Of a stretch of DNA of 64,000 bases, positions 1 to 10,112 are shown one piece after another. The DNA is taken from positions 192,001-256,000 of the forward strand of contig CAWKBC010000032.1 of NCBI GenBank assembly GCA_963847705.1. The letters run 5' to 3'. How positions within the stretch are numbered: position 1 is the stretch's first letter; the number at the start of each line of letters is the position of its first letter. Below the pieces are notes generated by a model, which was not told where the DNA came from, ran no database searches, and saw nothing but the letters and a program-made list of their open reading frames with translations. The position numbers were made by a program, and so were the translations under genes. This DNA is from an uncultured Pseudomonadota bacterium. Lineage in GTDB: Bacteria > Myxococcota_A > Polyangia > Fen-1088.

Positions 1-354
1 GCCGAGCTCGAGGCGCCCGCCGAGCCCGAGGCGCCGCTCGAGAGCCCGCCCCCCGCTCCCCCCGTTCATCGCGCCCGCACCCTGAAGTCCGAGGATCCGT
101 CGCTGGTCGTCTCGGCCATCCAGGCGCTGCGCCAGGATCGCGATCCGGAGCGCGCCGGCCGGTTGTTGGCCGTCTACTTGCGGACCCATCCCCGCGGCGC
201 GCTGGCCGAGGAAGCGGTCGCGCTCTCGATCGAGGCGGCCGACGCGCGCCACAGCCCGGCGGCCGCCACCTTCGCCGACCGCTACCTGAGAGAGTACCCG
301 GGCGGTCGCTTTCGCTCGACCGCTGAGCGGGTTCTGGCCCGGCCCGCACGCTAG
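1..354 (+). CDS. 3' part of a gene cut by the window edge; Pro/Glu-rich linker plus C-terminal TPR-like helical domain of the type seen in myxobacterial FecR/anti-sigma-associated proteins
   Basis: Frame is open from base 1 (AELEAPAEPE...) to TAG 352-354. The C-terminal pattern 'YLRTHPRGALAEEA...A.RYLREYPGGRF' is typical of these proteins. Confidence 0.55.
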   Translation, partial: AELEAPAEPEAPLESPPPAPPVHRARTLKSEDPSLVVSAIQALRQDRDPERAGRLLAVYLRTHPRGALAEEAVALSIEAADARHSPAAATFADRYLREYPGGRFRSTAERVLARPAR

Positions 355-407
355 GACGCCGCCGCGGCGTCTTGTTCGCGCGGGGCCGCTCTCGTACGAT
401 CGTGCCC

Positions 408-1223
408 GTGTCCCTGGGACGCGCGCTGTCGATCGTCTTGATGCTGGGGGCCGCCGGCGCCCTGCTGGCCGCCTGCGGCGGCGGGTCAGAGAAGTCGCCG
501 GGCGCTGATGGAAGCGCGCCGACGCGCGACGGCCTCACCTTCGACATCCCGCCGATCGTCGACGGCAGCGCCGCCGGATACGCGCTGAGCTTCGACGGCG
601 ACAACGAGTACGCGACCGCGGGCGACGCCGGGTTCGGCTTCGTCGGCGGGCCGCAGACGCTGGAGATGTGGATCAACTACGCGGCGCCCAGCGGCACCCA
701 GGACTTTCTGGTCTTGCGCACCGACTTCGAGAGCGGCGTGCAGGTCGGGATTCACGACGGCGCGCTGGCCGCCTGGCGGGTCTACACGGATCGCGTGCTG
801 GTGCAGGCGCCGACCATGCCGGCCGCCGGCACCTGGCACCACGTCGCCTACAGCTATGACGGCACCACGCACCTGCTGTACGTCGACGGCGCCCAGGTCG
901 ACTCCGAAACGGTCCCCGCCGACGATCGCACGCCGACCTCCGCCTGGCTGGGGACCGACGGCTCCGGCAACCTCTTCCAGGGTCTGATGGACGAGGTGCG
1001 GGTCTGGTCGCTGACCCGCACCCCGGCGCAGGTCGCCGCCGACATGGCGCACACACCGGCGGGCGCGCAGACCGGCCTGGTCGCCTACTGGACCTTCGAC
1101 GACGCCATCAACGGCGGCAGCTCGATCGATCTCTCGGGGTCGGGCAACAGCGTCACGCTCGGTGACGGCGTCGCCTCGTTGATGCCGACCCGGGTCCCCT
1201 CGACCGCCCCGGTCGGAAACTAA
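408..1223 (+). CDS. LamG/concanavalin-A-like domain lipoprotein
   Basis: Lipobox LLAAC; LamG motifs 'WHHVAYSYDG..LYVDG' and 'FQGLMDEVRVW'. GTG 408 lies 7 nt after TACGAT. Confidence 0.8.
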   Translation: MSLGRALSIVLMLGAAGALLAACGGGSEKSPGADGSAPTRDGLTFDIPPIVDGSAAGYALSFDGDNEYATAGDAGFGFVGGPQTLEMWINYAAPSGTQDFLVLRTDFESGVQVGIHDGALAAWRVYTDRVLVQAPTMPAAGTWHHVAYSYDGTTHLLYVDGAQVDSETVPADDRTPTSAWLGTDGSGNLFQGLMDEVRVWSLTRTPAQVAADMAHTPAGAQTGLVAYWTFDDAINGGSSIDLSGSGNSVTLGDGVASLMPTRVPSTAPVGN

Positions 1224-1597
1224 CGCAGGGCTGGGCTGGAGGCCCCGGCGTCCGGCTGCGGCGGCCGCGCGTGGCGCGGCTGATAGACGCCCAGCTTACC
1301 GCCGCCCGGCAAGACCAGCTCCGTCAGCAGGCCCCAACGCAGATCGGTCAGCGGCCCGCAGGCGACGTTTCGCGCCGCCATCTCGCGTACGAACGCCTCG
1401 ACGTCGTCGCACATGAGATAGAGCTCGTGCCGCCCGCCGGCGTCGCCCGGGTGAACCGCCACCTCGGACGGGGGCAGCGCGAAGATCAGCCAGCCACCGC
1501 CCACGTCGACGTGCGGGAAGCCGAGCACGTCGCGCAAGAAGGCGCGATCCGCGTCCGGGTCCTTGCTGTAGAGAATCGTATGCGCCCCGATGATCAT
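1220..1597 (-). CDS. VOC/glyoxalase (extradiol dioxygenase-like) family protein
   Basis: MIIGAHTILYSKDPDADRAFLRDVLG...ELYLMCDD...WG..T...LPGG; SD AAGGAG upstream of ATG 1597. Confidence 0.85.
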   Translation of the reverse strand: MIIGAHTILYSKDPDADRAFLRDVLGFPHVDVGGGWLIFALPPSEVAVHPGDAGGRHELYLMCDDVEAFVREMAARNVACGPLTDLRWGLLTELVLPGGGKLGVYQPRHARPPQPDAGASSPALR

Positions 1598-1637
1598 GGC
1601 CGTCTCTCCTTGGTGAATTCCAACGCCGCCTGCCCCT

Positions 1638-2528
1638 TCATTCGTCGGCCCAGCGCCGCGGCGCCGTCCGGAGCGTGTTCGCGCCAACGGCGTCGCACCA
1701 GGCCTCGAAGCGCGCGCGCGGGACGCCGCGGAAGCGGAGATCGTCGAGCGACTGGGCGAGCGGTACGGTGTCGACCAGCGTCGCCAGCTTCCGATAGAAG
1801 AGCGCCTCTTCGCGCTGGGCGGCCAGCGTCGCCGCCAGCTGCAGCGCGCCGCGCGGCTTGACCGTCCAGCGCGAGGGATCGTCGGGGATCGCCTCGATGT
1901 GCGCGTAGGCGCCGATCAGCAGCGAGGTCCCCTTCTCGCCAAACCCGGGCAGCCCCGGGATCCCGTCGGCGGTGTCGCCCGTCAGCCCCAGGAAGTCGGG
2001 CACGCTGGCGGGTCCGTAACCGCGGGCCGTCCGGAAGGCCACCTCGTCGGTGACCTTGCGCTGCCGGCGATCGACCTGCACCACCCGCTCGCCGCGCAGG
2101 CACTGCGCGAGATCCTTGTCGGGCGTCATGATCCGCACCTGGCCAACCTCGTCGGTGAAGCGCCGCGCGCCGGTGGCCAGCGCATCGTCGGCCTCGTGCT
2201 CGTTCATCGACCAGACCGTCACCCCGAGCGCGCGGACCGCCTCCTCGACGGGATCGAACTGCGCGCGCAGCTCCGGGGGAACCCCCTCGTCGCTCTTGTA
2301 GTCGGGGAAGAGCTCGTTGCGGAACGAACGGATCGGGTTGTCGAACGCCACCGCCAGGTGCGTGACCGCCTCGTCCGCCTCGGAGAGGAGCGCGAGCATC
2401 GAGGCGACGAGCCCCACGGTGGCCTTGCGATCGGCACCGCTCGGATCCAGATGCTCGGGGCGTGGCGCGAAGTGCGCGCGATAGAGCTCGTACGTCCCAT
2501 CGACGAGGTGAAGGCGCGCCACGCTCAT
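1638..2528 (-). CDS. Stand-alone 5'-3' exonuclease / flap endonuclease (PolI N-terminal-like)
   Basis: Motifs LVDGT, AVAFD, YK, EADD, DKDL and the H3TH 'GDTADGIPGLPGFGEK'. Confidence 0.9.
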   Translation of the reverse strand: MSVARLHLVDGTYELYRAHFAPRPEHLDPSGADRKATVGLVASMLALLSEADEAVTHLAVAFDNPIRSFRNELFPDYKSDEGVPPELRAQFDPVEEAVRALGVTVWSMNEHEADDALATGARRFTDEVGQVRIMTPDKDLAQCLRGERVVQVDRRQRKVTDEVAFRTARGYGPASVPDFLGLTGDTADGIPGLPGFGEKGTSLLIGAYAHIEAIPDDPSRWTVKPRGALQLAATLAAQREEALFYRKLATLVDTVPLAQSLDDLRFRGVPRARFEAWCDAVGANTLRTAPRRWADE

Positions 2529-2574
2529 TTCGGGGAGGCTATCGCGAAAACGGTGCGATGCTCCAGCGACCACG

Positions 2575-3480
2575 ATGACGCGCACGATGACCCGGGGGCT
2601 CATCATCCTGTCGTCGCTGGCCGTCTGCGCGCGGGCGGCCGCCGCCGATCCCGAGGTCCACGTGCTGCCGGTGGCCGACCGCGCCCCGGGCGAGCGGCTG
2701 CCGCTGCTGCTCTACCTGCACGGTCTGGGCGGCTCTGGCGCCGAGGCGCTGGCCAGCCCTGACATCCGCGCGCTGGCCCAGCGCCACCGGATGGTGCTGG
2801 TCGCCCCGGACGGCAACCTCGACCGCGAGGGGCGGCGGTTCTGGAACGCCGGCGGCGCCTGCTGCAACTTCGACGGCAAGGCGGTCAACGACGTCGCCCG
2901 GCTGGAGGCGCTGATCTACCACTGGACGCAGCGCCCGGAGATCGATCCGGCGCGCGTCTACATCGTGGGATTCTCGAACGGCGGGTTCATGGCCCACCGG
3001 CTGGCCTGCTACATGGACGATCGGCTGGCGGCGATCGTCAGCATCGGGGGCGCCGGGCGGGCGCCCGAGGAGGCCTGCGCGCCGGTCTCCACGATCGCCG
3101 TGCTGGAGATCCACGGCGACGCCGATCCGATCGTCCGCTACGCCGGCGGGCACGTGCTCGACAACCGCGCCGCCGACCCGCACCCCTCGGCGCCGGAGAC
3201 CTTCCGCGGGTGGGCCGAGCGGCTCGGCTGTCCGACCGAGGCCAAACCAAAGACGAAGGCGGTCGATCTCGATCCACGGCTCCCCGGCGCCGAGACGACG
3301 ATCGAGAGCTACGCCGACTGTCCGCACGGCAGCGTCGAGCTCTGGACCGTTCATGGCGGTGGGCACCAGGTGGCGACCCCCGCGATGATGGCGCGGGCCG
3401 GAGACTTCCTGGCCGGCCACTCGAAGACGCCACCCCAACAAAAGCCGAAAAGAAAGAAGCAGCAGAAACAGAATCAGTAA
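2575..3480 (+). CDS. Secreted alpha/beta-hydrolase, PHB-depolymerase/LpqC-like esterase
   Basis: Signal peptide; LHG, WNAGGACC, GFSNGG nucleophile elbow, HG.AD, GGGH. Confidence 0.85.
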   Translation: MTRTMTRGLIILSSLAVCARAAAADPEVHVLPVADRAPGERLPLLLYLHGLGGSGAEALASPDIRALAQRHRMVLVAPDGNLDREGRRFWNAGGACCNFDGKAVNDVARLEALIYHWTQRPEIDPARVYIVGFSNGGFMAHRLACYMDDRLAAIVSIGGAGRAPEEACAPVSTIAVLEIHGDADPIVRYAGGHVLDNRAADPHPSAPETFRGWAERLGCPTEAKPKTKAVDLDPRLPGAETTIESYADCPHGSVELWTVHGGGHQVATPAMMARAGDFLAGHSKTPPQQKPKRKKQQKQNQ

Positions 3481-3482
3481 AG

Positions 3483-3938
3483 CTACGCCGCAGGGCCGCT
3501 CAGAATGTCCCAGGGTCTGTCGCGCGGGCCGGCCTGCCAGTTGTTGTGGCGACCGTCCCAGTAGATGACTTTGAGCTCGCCGAGCTCGACCCCGTCGAGG
3601 CAGTTGTAGTTGACCGAGACGTAGGCGCCGCCGAGCTCGGGCAGGCTGCCCCGACCGAAGCAGTGGATGCCGCAGGTCTTGCAGAAGAACCGCTTCGAGG
3701 TCCGGCCGCCCCACTCGTAAGACGACAGACTCTCCTCGCTGGAGACGAGCTGAAAGGCCTCCGGCTTCACGATCCCGCCCGTCTGCGCGACCTTCGTGCA
3801 GATCGAGCAGTTGCAGCGCCCCGCCCCGGCGGCGAGATCGGCGGTGACCCGAAACTGCACCGCGCCGCAGTGGCAGCTCCCGGCGTAGCTCTTCTCGGTC
3901 TTGCTCTTGGTGGTTTCGTTGCTCGCGTGGATGTCCAT
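3483..3938 (-). CDS. GFA/CENP-V family Zn-binding protein
   Basis: GSCHCG, CNCSIC and FCKTCG Cys motifs. Confidence 0.9.
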   Translation of the reverse strand: MDIHASNETTKSKTEKSYAGSCHCGAVQFRVTADLAAGAGRCNCSICTKVAQTGGIVKPEAFQLVSSEESLSSYEWGGRTSKRFFCKTCGIHCFGRGSLPELGGAYVSVNYNCLDGVELGELKVIYWDGRHNNWQAGPRDRPWDILSGPAA

Positions 3939-4006
3939 GGTTCGCTCCTGCTGGTGGGCTGTTGCGCTGACTTCGCGCCGATCCGACGGAAAGCACCCTA
4001 CGCTCC

Positions 4007-4031
4007 ATTGAGGACAGATTCGGTCCTCGAT
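4007..4031. promoter_or_regulatory. Palindromic operator between the divergent GFA and WYL-regulator genes
   Basis: GAGGAC-N7-GTCCTC at 4010-4028, with partly matching flanks. Confidence 0.6.
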
Positions 4032-4051
4032 AGGATGCGATCCTCCTCCTC

Positions 4052-5029
4052 ATGATCGGGACCTCTGTCCGCCTGCTCCGCCTGCTCACGCTGCTCCAGT
4101 CGCGCCGGTCCTGGACCGGGGGCGAGCTCTGCAGGCGGCTGGAGGTCACCGCCCGCACGCTCCGCCGCGACGTCGATCGGCTGCGCAGCCTCGGCTACCC
4201 GGTGCACTCCACCTCGGGCGTGGCGGGCGGCTATCGCCTGGGCGCGGGGACGGAGCTGCCGCCGCTGCTGCTCGACGACGAGGAGGCGCTGGCTGTCTCG
4301 CTGGGCCTGCGCACCGCCGCCGCCGGCAGCGTCACCGGGATGGAAGAGGTCGCCTTGCGCGCGCTCACCAAGCTGGAGCAGGTGTTGCCAGCGCGCCTGC
4401 GCCGCCGGCTCGCCGCGCTGCACGCCGCGATCGTCCCGCTCGCCCGCAGCGGCCCCACCGTCGACGGGCAGACGCTGGCCACCATCGCTTCCGCCTCCGG
4501 CGAGCACACGCGGCTGGCGTTTGGCTACAAGGGCAACGACGGCGCGCGCACCAGCCGCCGGGTCGAGCCGGCCGGCCTGGTCCACACCGGCTGGCGCTGG
4601 TACCTGGTGGCCTGGGATCTGACCCGCGCCGACTGGCGGACCTTCCGGGTCGACCGCATCGAGGCGAAGGTCACGCCGGGCGCGCGCTTCTTTCCGCGCA
4701 GCCTGCCCGACGGCGGGCTCGCCGCCTACGTTGCGCGTTCAGTGTCGTCGGGCCCCTACCCCGTTCGGGCGCGCGTCCTCCTGCACGCGCCCATCGCCGA
4801 GATGGCGAAGCGAATCTCGCCGGCGACCGGGACGCTGGAGAGCGTCGGCCCGCGGTCTTGCCAGCTGCTCGCCGGCGTACCGTCGCTCGATGGCCTCGCC
4901 GTCTGGATGTCGACGCTGGGGATCGAGTTCGAGATCCAAGATCCACCAGAGGCGCGCGCGCATCTCCGCAAGATGGGCGAGCGGGCGCTGCGTGCCGCCG
5001 GTCTGCCGAAGCGGATCCGCCGACGCTGA
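4052..5029 (+). CDS. YafY-family HTH-WYL transcriptional regulator
   Basis: N-terminal wHTH 'LEVTARTLRRDVDRLRSLGYPV...GGY'; 'RWYLVAWD...DWRTFRVDRI'. Confidence 0.92.
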   Translation: MIGTSVRLLRLLTLLQSRRSWTGGELCRRLEVTARTLRRDVDRLRSLGYPVHSTSGVAGGYRLGAGTELPPLLLDDEEALAVSLGLRTAAAGSVTGMEEVALRALTKLEQVLPARLRRRLAALHAAIVPLARSGPTVDGQTLATIASASGEHTRLAFGYKGNDGARTSRRVEPAGLVHTGWRWYLVAWDLTRADWRTFRVDRIEAKVTPGARFFPRSLPDGGLAAYVARSVSSGPYPVRARVLLHAPIAEMAKRISPATGTLESVGPRSCQLLAGVPSLDGLAVWMSTLGIEFEIQDPPEARAHLRKMGERALRAAGLPKRIRRR

Positions 5030-5133
5030 CCGTGCGCCTCCGGCATGCTCTCGGGTTTTGCGGCTCTCAGGCTCGACGGGCACAAATCCTTCTGATATGG
5101 ACAGGATGTCGTTCGAATTGACGGGGGGGGATC

Positions 5134-7134
5134 ATGGCGGGACAGAGCTGGATCGCGTGGGGGATGCTCATGAGCGCAGGATTCGGGCTCAGATGCTGCG
5201 GCAACGGCCCGACACCAGGCTCGACCGGCGCGGCCGGAGCTTCGGCCGATGCCGGTCCCGCTCGGGACGCTTCGGCGAGCGCGGGTGCGTCGGGCACCGG
5301 CGCTGGTGGCCCGGTAGCCGGCGCGGGCGGCGCGGCGGCCGGCGCCGCTGGCGCCACCAATCCCGACGCTGGCAGCGTCGGCGGATCGGGCGTTGGCGCT
5401 GGTGGTGCAGCAGGCGGCCCGGCGCCAATCTTCGTCTCACCCGCGGCGAGCGTGTCCCCCGGCAGCCTCTGCGACGCGAGCGGCTGGTGCTGGTACGACC
5501 CGCTCCCCAGCGGCGACAACTGGCTGGCCGTCGCCGCCGCGGGCAGCTCGGACGTCTGGATCGGCGGAGACGGTCCCACCCTCCTGCACTTCGCCTCCGG
5601 TGCCTGGACGGCAGTGAGCTCCCCGCTGCAACGGACGGATGCAATTTGGGCCGCCTCCGAGAACGATGTTTGGGTGGGGGGAGCCGGCGCGATCGGGGCG
5701 GAGATCGGGCACTGGGACGGCCAGTCCTTCACCGTCGCGGCCAACTTCGCCAACGCAGAAGAGGTCCAGGGGATCTGGGGGAGTGGCCCCAACGACGTGT
5801 ACGCGATCAGTGGGATCGGCGGATACCACTGGGATGGCAGCAGCTGGTCGACCGTGGTGGATATTGGGTTCGAAAGCTCGTCGATTTCCGGCAGTGGCCC
5901 CGACGATGTCTGGATAGCCAACTTTGGCCTGCAGCACTTCGACGGAACGAGCTGGTCCACCGTGACGGGCGCACCGGAGGCCACGAGCGTCGCGGTGGCC
6001 GGACCCAACGATGTCTGGGTGGCGGCCACCGACGTCTATCATTTTGACGGGAGTGCCTGGTCCGTGAGTCTGGCTGTCGCGCTACCCTCGATCTCACACG
6101 TCGCCGTGAGCACCGTGGCAGTGGGAGCCGGCGGGAGCCACGACGTGTGGGCCGCTGGCACGAGCTTTGGAACGACGGACGACGCAGAGGGGTACCTTGC
6201 GCATTTCGATGGGACGTCCTGGACAGCGAACCCCAATGCGCCCACGCCGGTGAGCTTCGTCGCGGGGACTCCCACTTTCGGAGACTTGGCGGTGGGACAA
6301 GGCGGGGACATCCTCACGCTCACCTCGACGCCGACGGTCAGCTTTGCAGCCCAGCAGCAATACACTTCGCTGGTCATGCGGGGCGTCTGGGGCTCGTCGC
6401 CCGACGACATGTGGGCGGTCGGCGAGCAAGGGACCGTGTTGCACTTCGATGGCCAGTCGGTCGCCAAGGTCCCGACCACGGTCACCGCCAATCTGACCGA
6501 CGTCTGGGGCACCGGTCCGACCGACGTCTGGATCGTCGGCGAAGGGGGGACGCTGCTGCACTTCGACGGCCAGTCGCTCGCGTCGTTGCAGGCCGGGACC
6601 GCGGTCGATCTGGAGTCGGTGTTCACGGCGTCGTTCGACGACGTCTGGATCGGCGGTCACACCTCCACGCTCCTCCACTTCGACGGTGGGATCTTCCAGC
6701 CCCAGCCCCTGCCCGATCTCACCGCACCCTATGCCGTCTACGACATTCACGGACTGGGACCAGACGACGTCTGGCTGTCGGGCGGCGACGACCGGTTCCC
6801 CGGCAACTCGTCGAGCAGCTTCGTCGCCCACTTCGACGGCACCGCGCTCTCGACGACCATCGTCGACAACGGTTCCAACTACCAGATTCTCCGCGTCTGG
6901 GAGCTGGCCCCCGACGATGTCTGGGCCATGACCCATGTGCTCCTGTCCAATCTCGTCGGCTACTACCATTTCGACGGGACCAGCTGGTCCGACGCTTCGG
7001 GCCCCTCCTCACCCACGACGTTCATGTTCCCAGATCCGCAAGACTACGACGAGGGCGGCTACAGCTTCGTCTTCGGCCCGCACGACCGCTGGATCGTCGG
7101 TCCCTTTGGCGCCTGGCAGCGCAATACGCAGTAG
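5134..7134 (+). CDS. Large secreted/lipoprotein with repeated 'WGSGPDDVW..G...HFDG..W' units (probable beta-propeller)
   Basis: More than 10 repeats of the DVW/HFDG unit after a Gly/Ala linker; Cys near the N-terminus. Confidence 0.75.
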   Translation: MAGQSWIAWGMLMSAGFGLRCCGNGPTPGSTGAAGASADAGPARDASASAGASGTGAGGPVAGAGGAAAGAAGATNPDAGSVGGSGVGAGGAAGGPAPIFVSPAASVSPGSLCDASGWCWYDPLPSGDNWLAVAAAGSSDVWIGGDGPTLLHFASGAWTAVSSPLQRTDAIWAASENDVWVGGAGAIGAEIGHWDGQSFTVAANFANAEEVQGIWGSGPNDVYAISGIGGYHWDGSSWSTVVDIGFESSSISGSGPDDVWIANFGLQHFDGTSWSTVTGAPEATSVAVAGPNDVWVAATDVYHFDGSAWSVSLAVALPSISHVAVSTVAVGAGGSHDVWAAGTSFGTTDDAEGYLAHFDGTSWTANPNAPTPVSFVAGTPTFGDLAVGQGGDILTLTSTPTVSFAAQQQYTSLVMRGVWGSSPDDMWAVGEQGTVLHFDGQSVAKVPTTVTANLTDVWGTGPTDVWIVGEGGTLLHFDGQSLASLQAGTAVDLESVFTASFDDVWIGGHTSTLLHFDGGIFQPQPLPDLTAPYAVYDIHGLGPDDVWLSGGDDRFPGNSSSSFVAHFDGTALSTTIVDNGSNYQILRVWELAPDDVWAMTHVLLSNLVGYYHFDGTSWSDASGPSSPTTFMFPDPQDYDEGGYSFVFGPHDRWIVGPFGAWQRNTQ

Positions 7135-7201
7135 CCACCTGACCACGACATCGCCGTCGAACGTGGCGTCGGGTGGGCCCGAGATCCATGCTCCGTTCCC
7201 C

Positions 7202-7615
7202 ATGAAGACAAACAAGATCACCGACAAGTGGGCCGACCGGTCGCCCGAGCTGCGCAGCGTCCTTCGCATCGTCGCGGCGTTCATCTTCATGCAGTTCGGC
7301 GCGGCCAAGCTGTTCGCGTTTCCGATGGCGCTGCTCCCCGGCGGCGGCACGGCGCGGTTGGCCTCTCAGCTCGGGGTCGCCGGCATCCTGGAGCTCATTG
7401 GCGGCGGTTTGGTCCTCATCGGCCTCTTCACCCGACCGATCGCCTTTCTGCTGGCCGGCGAAATGGCGGTGGCCTACTTCCAGGTCCACTTTCCGAAGGG
7501 CTTCTGGCCGGCCGCGAACGGCGGCGTGGCCACCGTCCTCTACTGCTTCATCTGGCTCTACATCTCGGCCGCCGGCGCCGGACCGTGGAGCGTCGACGCG
7601 AAGCGCGGGCGGTGA
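7202..7615 (+). CDS. DoxX family membrane protein
   Basis: 'LRIVAAF..F..GAAKLF', 'ELIGG.LV.IGLFTR..AF.LAGEMAVAYF', 'GAGPWSVD'. Confidence 0.9.
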   Translation: MKTNKITDKWADRSPELRSVLRIVAAFIFMQFGAAKLFAFPMALLPGGGTARLASQLGVAGILELIGGGLVLIGLFTRPIAFLLAGEMAVAYFQVHFPKGFWPAANGGVATVLYCFIWLYISAAGAGPWSVDAKRGR

Positions 7616-7624
7616 GCGCCAGCC

Positions 7625-9367
7625 TCAGCCGGCGTTCGGGGCGCCGTCCGCGATCCACTTGAGGAGCCGCTCGGGCGCCCAGGTGTTGGCCACCTTCGCC
7701 GGATCGACCCAGGCGCGCTCGGCGTTGAGCGCGGCGAAGCGGGCGCGCTCCAGCTCCTCGGCGCGGTGGGCGTCGCTGGTGAGCAGGAAGGTGACGTCGC
7801 GCGCGCGCGCGTGGCGAAGCGCCTCGACCGAGAGGTCGAGCCGCGGCAGCGCCCCGTTCACCTCCAGCGCGGTGCCGGTCTCCTCGGCGGCGCTTGCGAT
7901 GGCGTCGATGTCGAGATCGATCGGGGGGCGGCCGCCGATCATGCGCGCCGAGAGGTGGCCGATCATGCGCACCGCCGGATCGCGCATCGCCGTGACCACC
8001 CGGTTGGTCTGGGCGGCGCGATCGAGCTCGAAGTGGTCGTGCACCGAGGCGAGGCACCAGTCGAACCCGCGCCGGAACTCCAGGTCGTAGTCGAGCTCGC
8101 CGTTGGGACCGATGTTCAGCTCGACGCCGTGGAGCAGGCGCAGCGAATCGCCCAGCTCGGCCTGCATCGCCCGAAAGTGCTCGCGTTGCTCGAGGAGCCT
8201 CTCCCGGCTGACGCCCGACAGCGTCCCCTCGGCGTGATCGGTGATGGCCAGGACCCGGTACCCGCGCGCCTTCGCCGCGGCGACCACCTCCTCGAGCGGC
8301 GAGCGGCCGTCGCCCGAGACGGTGGTGTGGACGTGGAAGTCGCCGATCACCGGCGGCATCCGCGCCGGCAGCGCGCCCTTTTCGGCGGCCTCGATCTCGC
8401 CGCAGTCCTCGCGCAGGACGGGCGGGATGAAGGGGAGATCGAGGGCTTGGTAGATCTGCTCCTCGGTCTCGCAGGCGACCACGCGGCCCCCCTCGATCTC
8501 CGACAGCGCATATTCGTTCAGCGTCAGACCGCGCGCCAGCGCCCGCTGCCGCAGCTTGATGTTGTGCCCCTTCGAGCCGGTGAAGTAGAGCAACGCCGCG
8601 CCGAGCTGCTTCTCGGCCACCACCCGCAGATCGATCTGCGTGCCGCGCCGGGTGACGACGCTGGTCTTCGCTTCACCGCGCCCGAGCACCCGGTCGACCA
8701 GGCTCATGGAGCAGAGCGCCTCCATCACCGGCTCGGCGGCGGCCGCCGCGACCACGATGTCGACGTCGCCGATCGTCTCGGAGAACCGGCGCAGCGACCC
8801 GCAGGTCGACGCGTGCGTGACGCCCGGGAGCTCCCGCATGTGCGCCACGATCCGCTCGGCCAGCGGCAGCGCCACCGAGATCGGCGTGCGCTCCATCGGC
8901 CCCTGCGCCTCCAGCCGCGCCAGGGCCTGCGCCAGCTTCTCCTCGGACTTCTGGCCGAACCCCGAGAGCGCACGCAGCTTCTGCTCCAGCAGCACGCGCC
9001 GCAGATCCTCGATCGACTGCACCCCCAGCTCGGCCCGCAGCCGCTTGAGCGCCTTGGGGCCGAGCCCCTGGATCCGCAGCAGCTCCACCACGCTGCGCGG
9101 GTGCTTCTGGCGGAGGCCTTCCAGCTTCTCGACCTTCCCCTTTTCCAACAGCTCGCGGATCTTCTCGGCGGTGCTCTTGCCGATCCCCTCGATCTGCTGC
9201 AGCTCGCGCGCCGTCAGCCGTCCGAGATCGGTCGCCTGCGCCGCGATCGCCTGCGCGGCGCTCTCGTAGGCGCGCACCCGGAACGACTGGGGGTCCCCCT
9301 CGTCGAGCATGGTGAGCTCGGCGAGCTCGCGCAGCATGTCGAGCACGTCCTGCTTGCTGTCGGCCAT
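7625..9367 (-). CDS. polX: DNA polymerase X with C-terminal PHP (3'-5' exonuclease/AP endonuclease) domain
   Basis: HhH motifs 'IEGIG' and 'IQGLGPK'; 'GSLRR', catalytic 'GDVD', 'YFTGSK.HN'; PHP motifs HVHT, TDH, SDAH. Confidence 0.93.
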   Translation of the reverse strand: MADSKQDVLDMLRELAELTMLDEGDPQSFRVRAYESAAQAIAAQATDLGRLTARELQQIEGIGKSTAEKIRELLEKGKVEKLEGLRQKHPRSVVELLRIQGLGPKALKRLRAELGVQSIEDLRRVLLEQKLRALSGFGQKSEEKLAQALARLEAQGPMERTPISVALPLAERIVAHMRELPGVTHASTCGSLRRFSETIGDVDIVVAAAAAEPVMEALCSMSLVDRVLGRGEAKTSVVTRRGTQIDLRVVAEKQLGAALLYFTGSKGHNIKLRQRALARGLTLNEYALSEIEGGRVVACETEEQIYQALDLPFIPPVLREDCGEIEAAEKGALPARMPPVIGDFHVHTTVSGDGRSPLEEVVAAAKARGYRVLAITDHAEGTLSGVSRERLLEQREHFRAMQAELGDSLRLLHGVELNIGPNGELDYDLEFRRGFDWCLASVHDHFELDRAAQTNRVVTAMRDPAVRMIGHLSARMIGGRPPIDLDIDAIASAAEETGTALEVNGALPRLDLSVEALRHARARDVTFLLTSDAHRAEELERARFAALNAERAWVDPAKVANTWAPERLLKWIADGAPNAG

Positions 9368-9440
9368 GCCGGGGTTTTAACGCGAACCGCGCGCGGCGAC
9401 GGCGCCTTTCGTCCGAGCGCCGCCGCCGAGGGAGGTGGCG

Positions 9441-10055
9441 TTACTTCCTGGAGGTGGCGCTTCGTTTGCCGCGTCGGCCGGCCGGCGCCTGCGCCTCGAG
9501 AAGGATCTCCGCCATGGCGCGCGCGGTGCGGCTGGCGGCCGGGCCGCCGTCCATCGAGCCACCCACCGTGGTTCCGTCGTAGAGGAGCATCAGCTGGTCC
9601 GCGAGGCGCTGGGGATCGCCGGCCCCGGCGTCGCGCGCCAGCTCGGCGAAGAGACCGCGCGTCCAGGCGCGCTGGTCGGCGCAGATGCGCGTCACCTTGG
9701 TCTCCCCGCGCGGCCCCTCGGCGGTGGCGTTGAGGAAGGCACACCCGCGGAAGGTGGGCGAGGCGGCCAGCTCACCCATGAAATCGAAGATCGAGAGGAT
9801 CCGCTCCCGGGGATCCTCGTGCAGCGCCAGCCGTTCGGCGATGCGCCGCTGTCGCGTCTCGGCGCGCCCCTTCAGGTAGGCACGCACCAGCTCGTCCTTG
9901 CTGCCGAAGGTGCTGTAGAGCGAGGCCTTGGCGACGCCGGCCCGCTCGATCACCCGCTCGATCCCGACCGTGTGGACCCCCTCGGCATAGAAGAGCTCGT
10001 TGGCGGCGGCCAGCAGCCGGTCGTGCGCCGAGCCCTGCAACTTCGCGGTCGACAT
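9441..10055 (-). CDS. TetR/AcrR family regulator
   Basis: HTH 'LFYAEGVHTVGIERVIERAGVAKASLYSTFGSKDEL'; 'FRGCAFLN'. Confidence 0.92.
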   Translation of the reverse strand: MSTAKLQGSAHDRLLAAANELFYAEGVHTVGIERVIERAGVAKASLYSTFGSKDELVRAYLKGRAETRQRRIAERLALHEDPRERILSIFDFMGELAASPTFRGCAFLNATAEGPRGETKVTRICADQRAWTRGLFAELARDAGAGDPQRLADQLMLLYDGTTVGGSMDGGPAASRTARAMAEILLEAQAPAGRRGKRSATSRK

Positions 10056-10066
10056 GCCTTGACTAT

Positions 10067-10112
10067 ACCGACCGGTCTGTTTATCGTCAAGTCACTAGAC
10101 AGACCGGTCTGT
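10067..10112. promoter_or_regulatory. Two TetR-type operators between divergent tetR and MFS genes
   Basis: Perfect palindrome ACAGACCGGTCTGT at 10099-10112 and a 1-mismatch copy ACCGACCGGTCTGT at 10067-10080, 32 bp apart. Confidence 0.8.
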
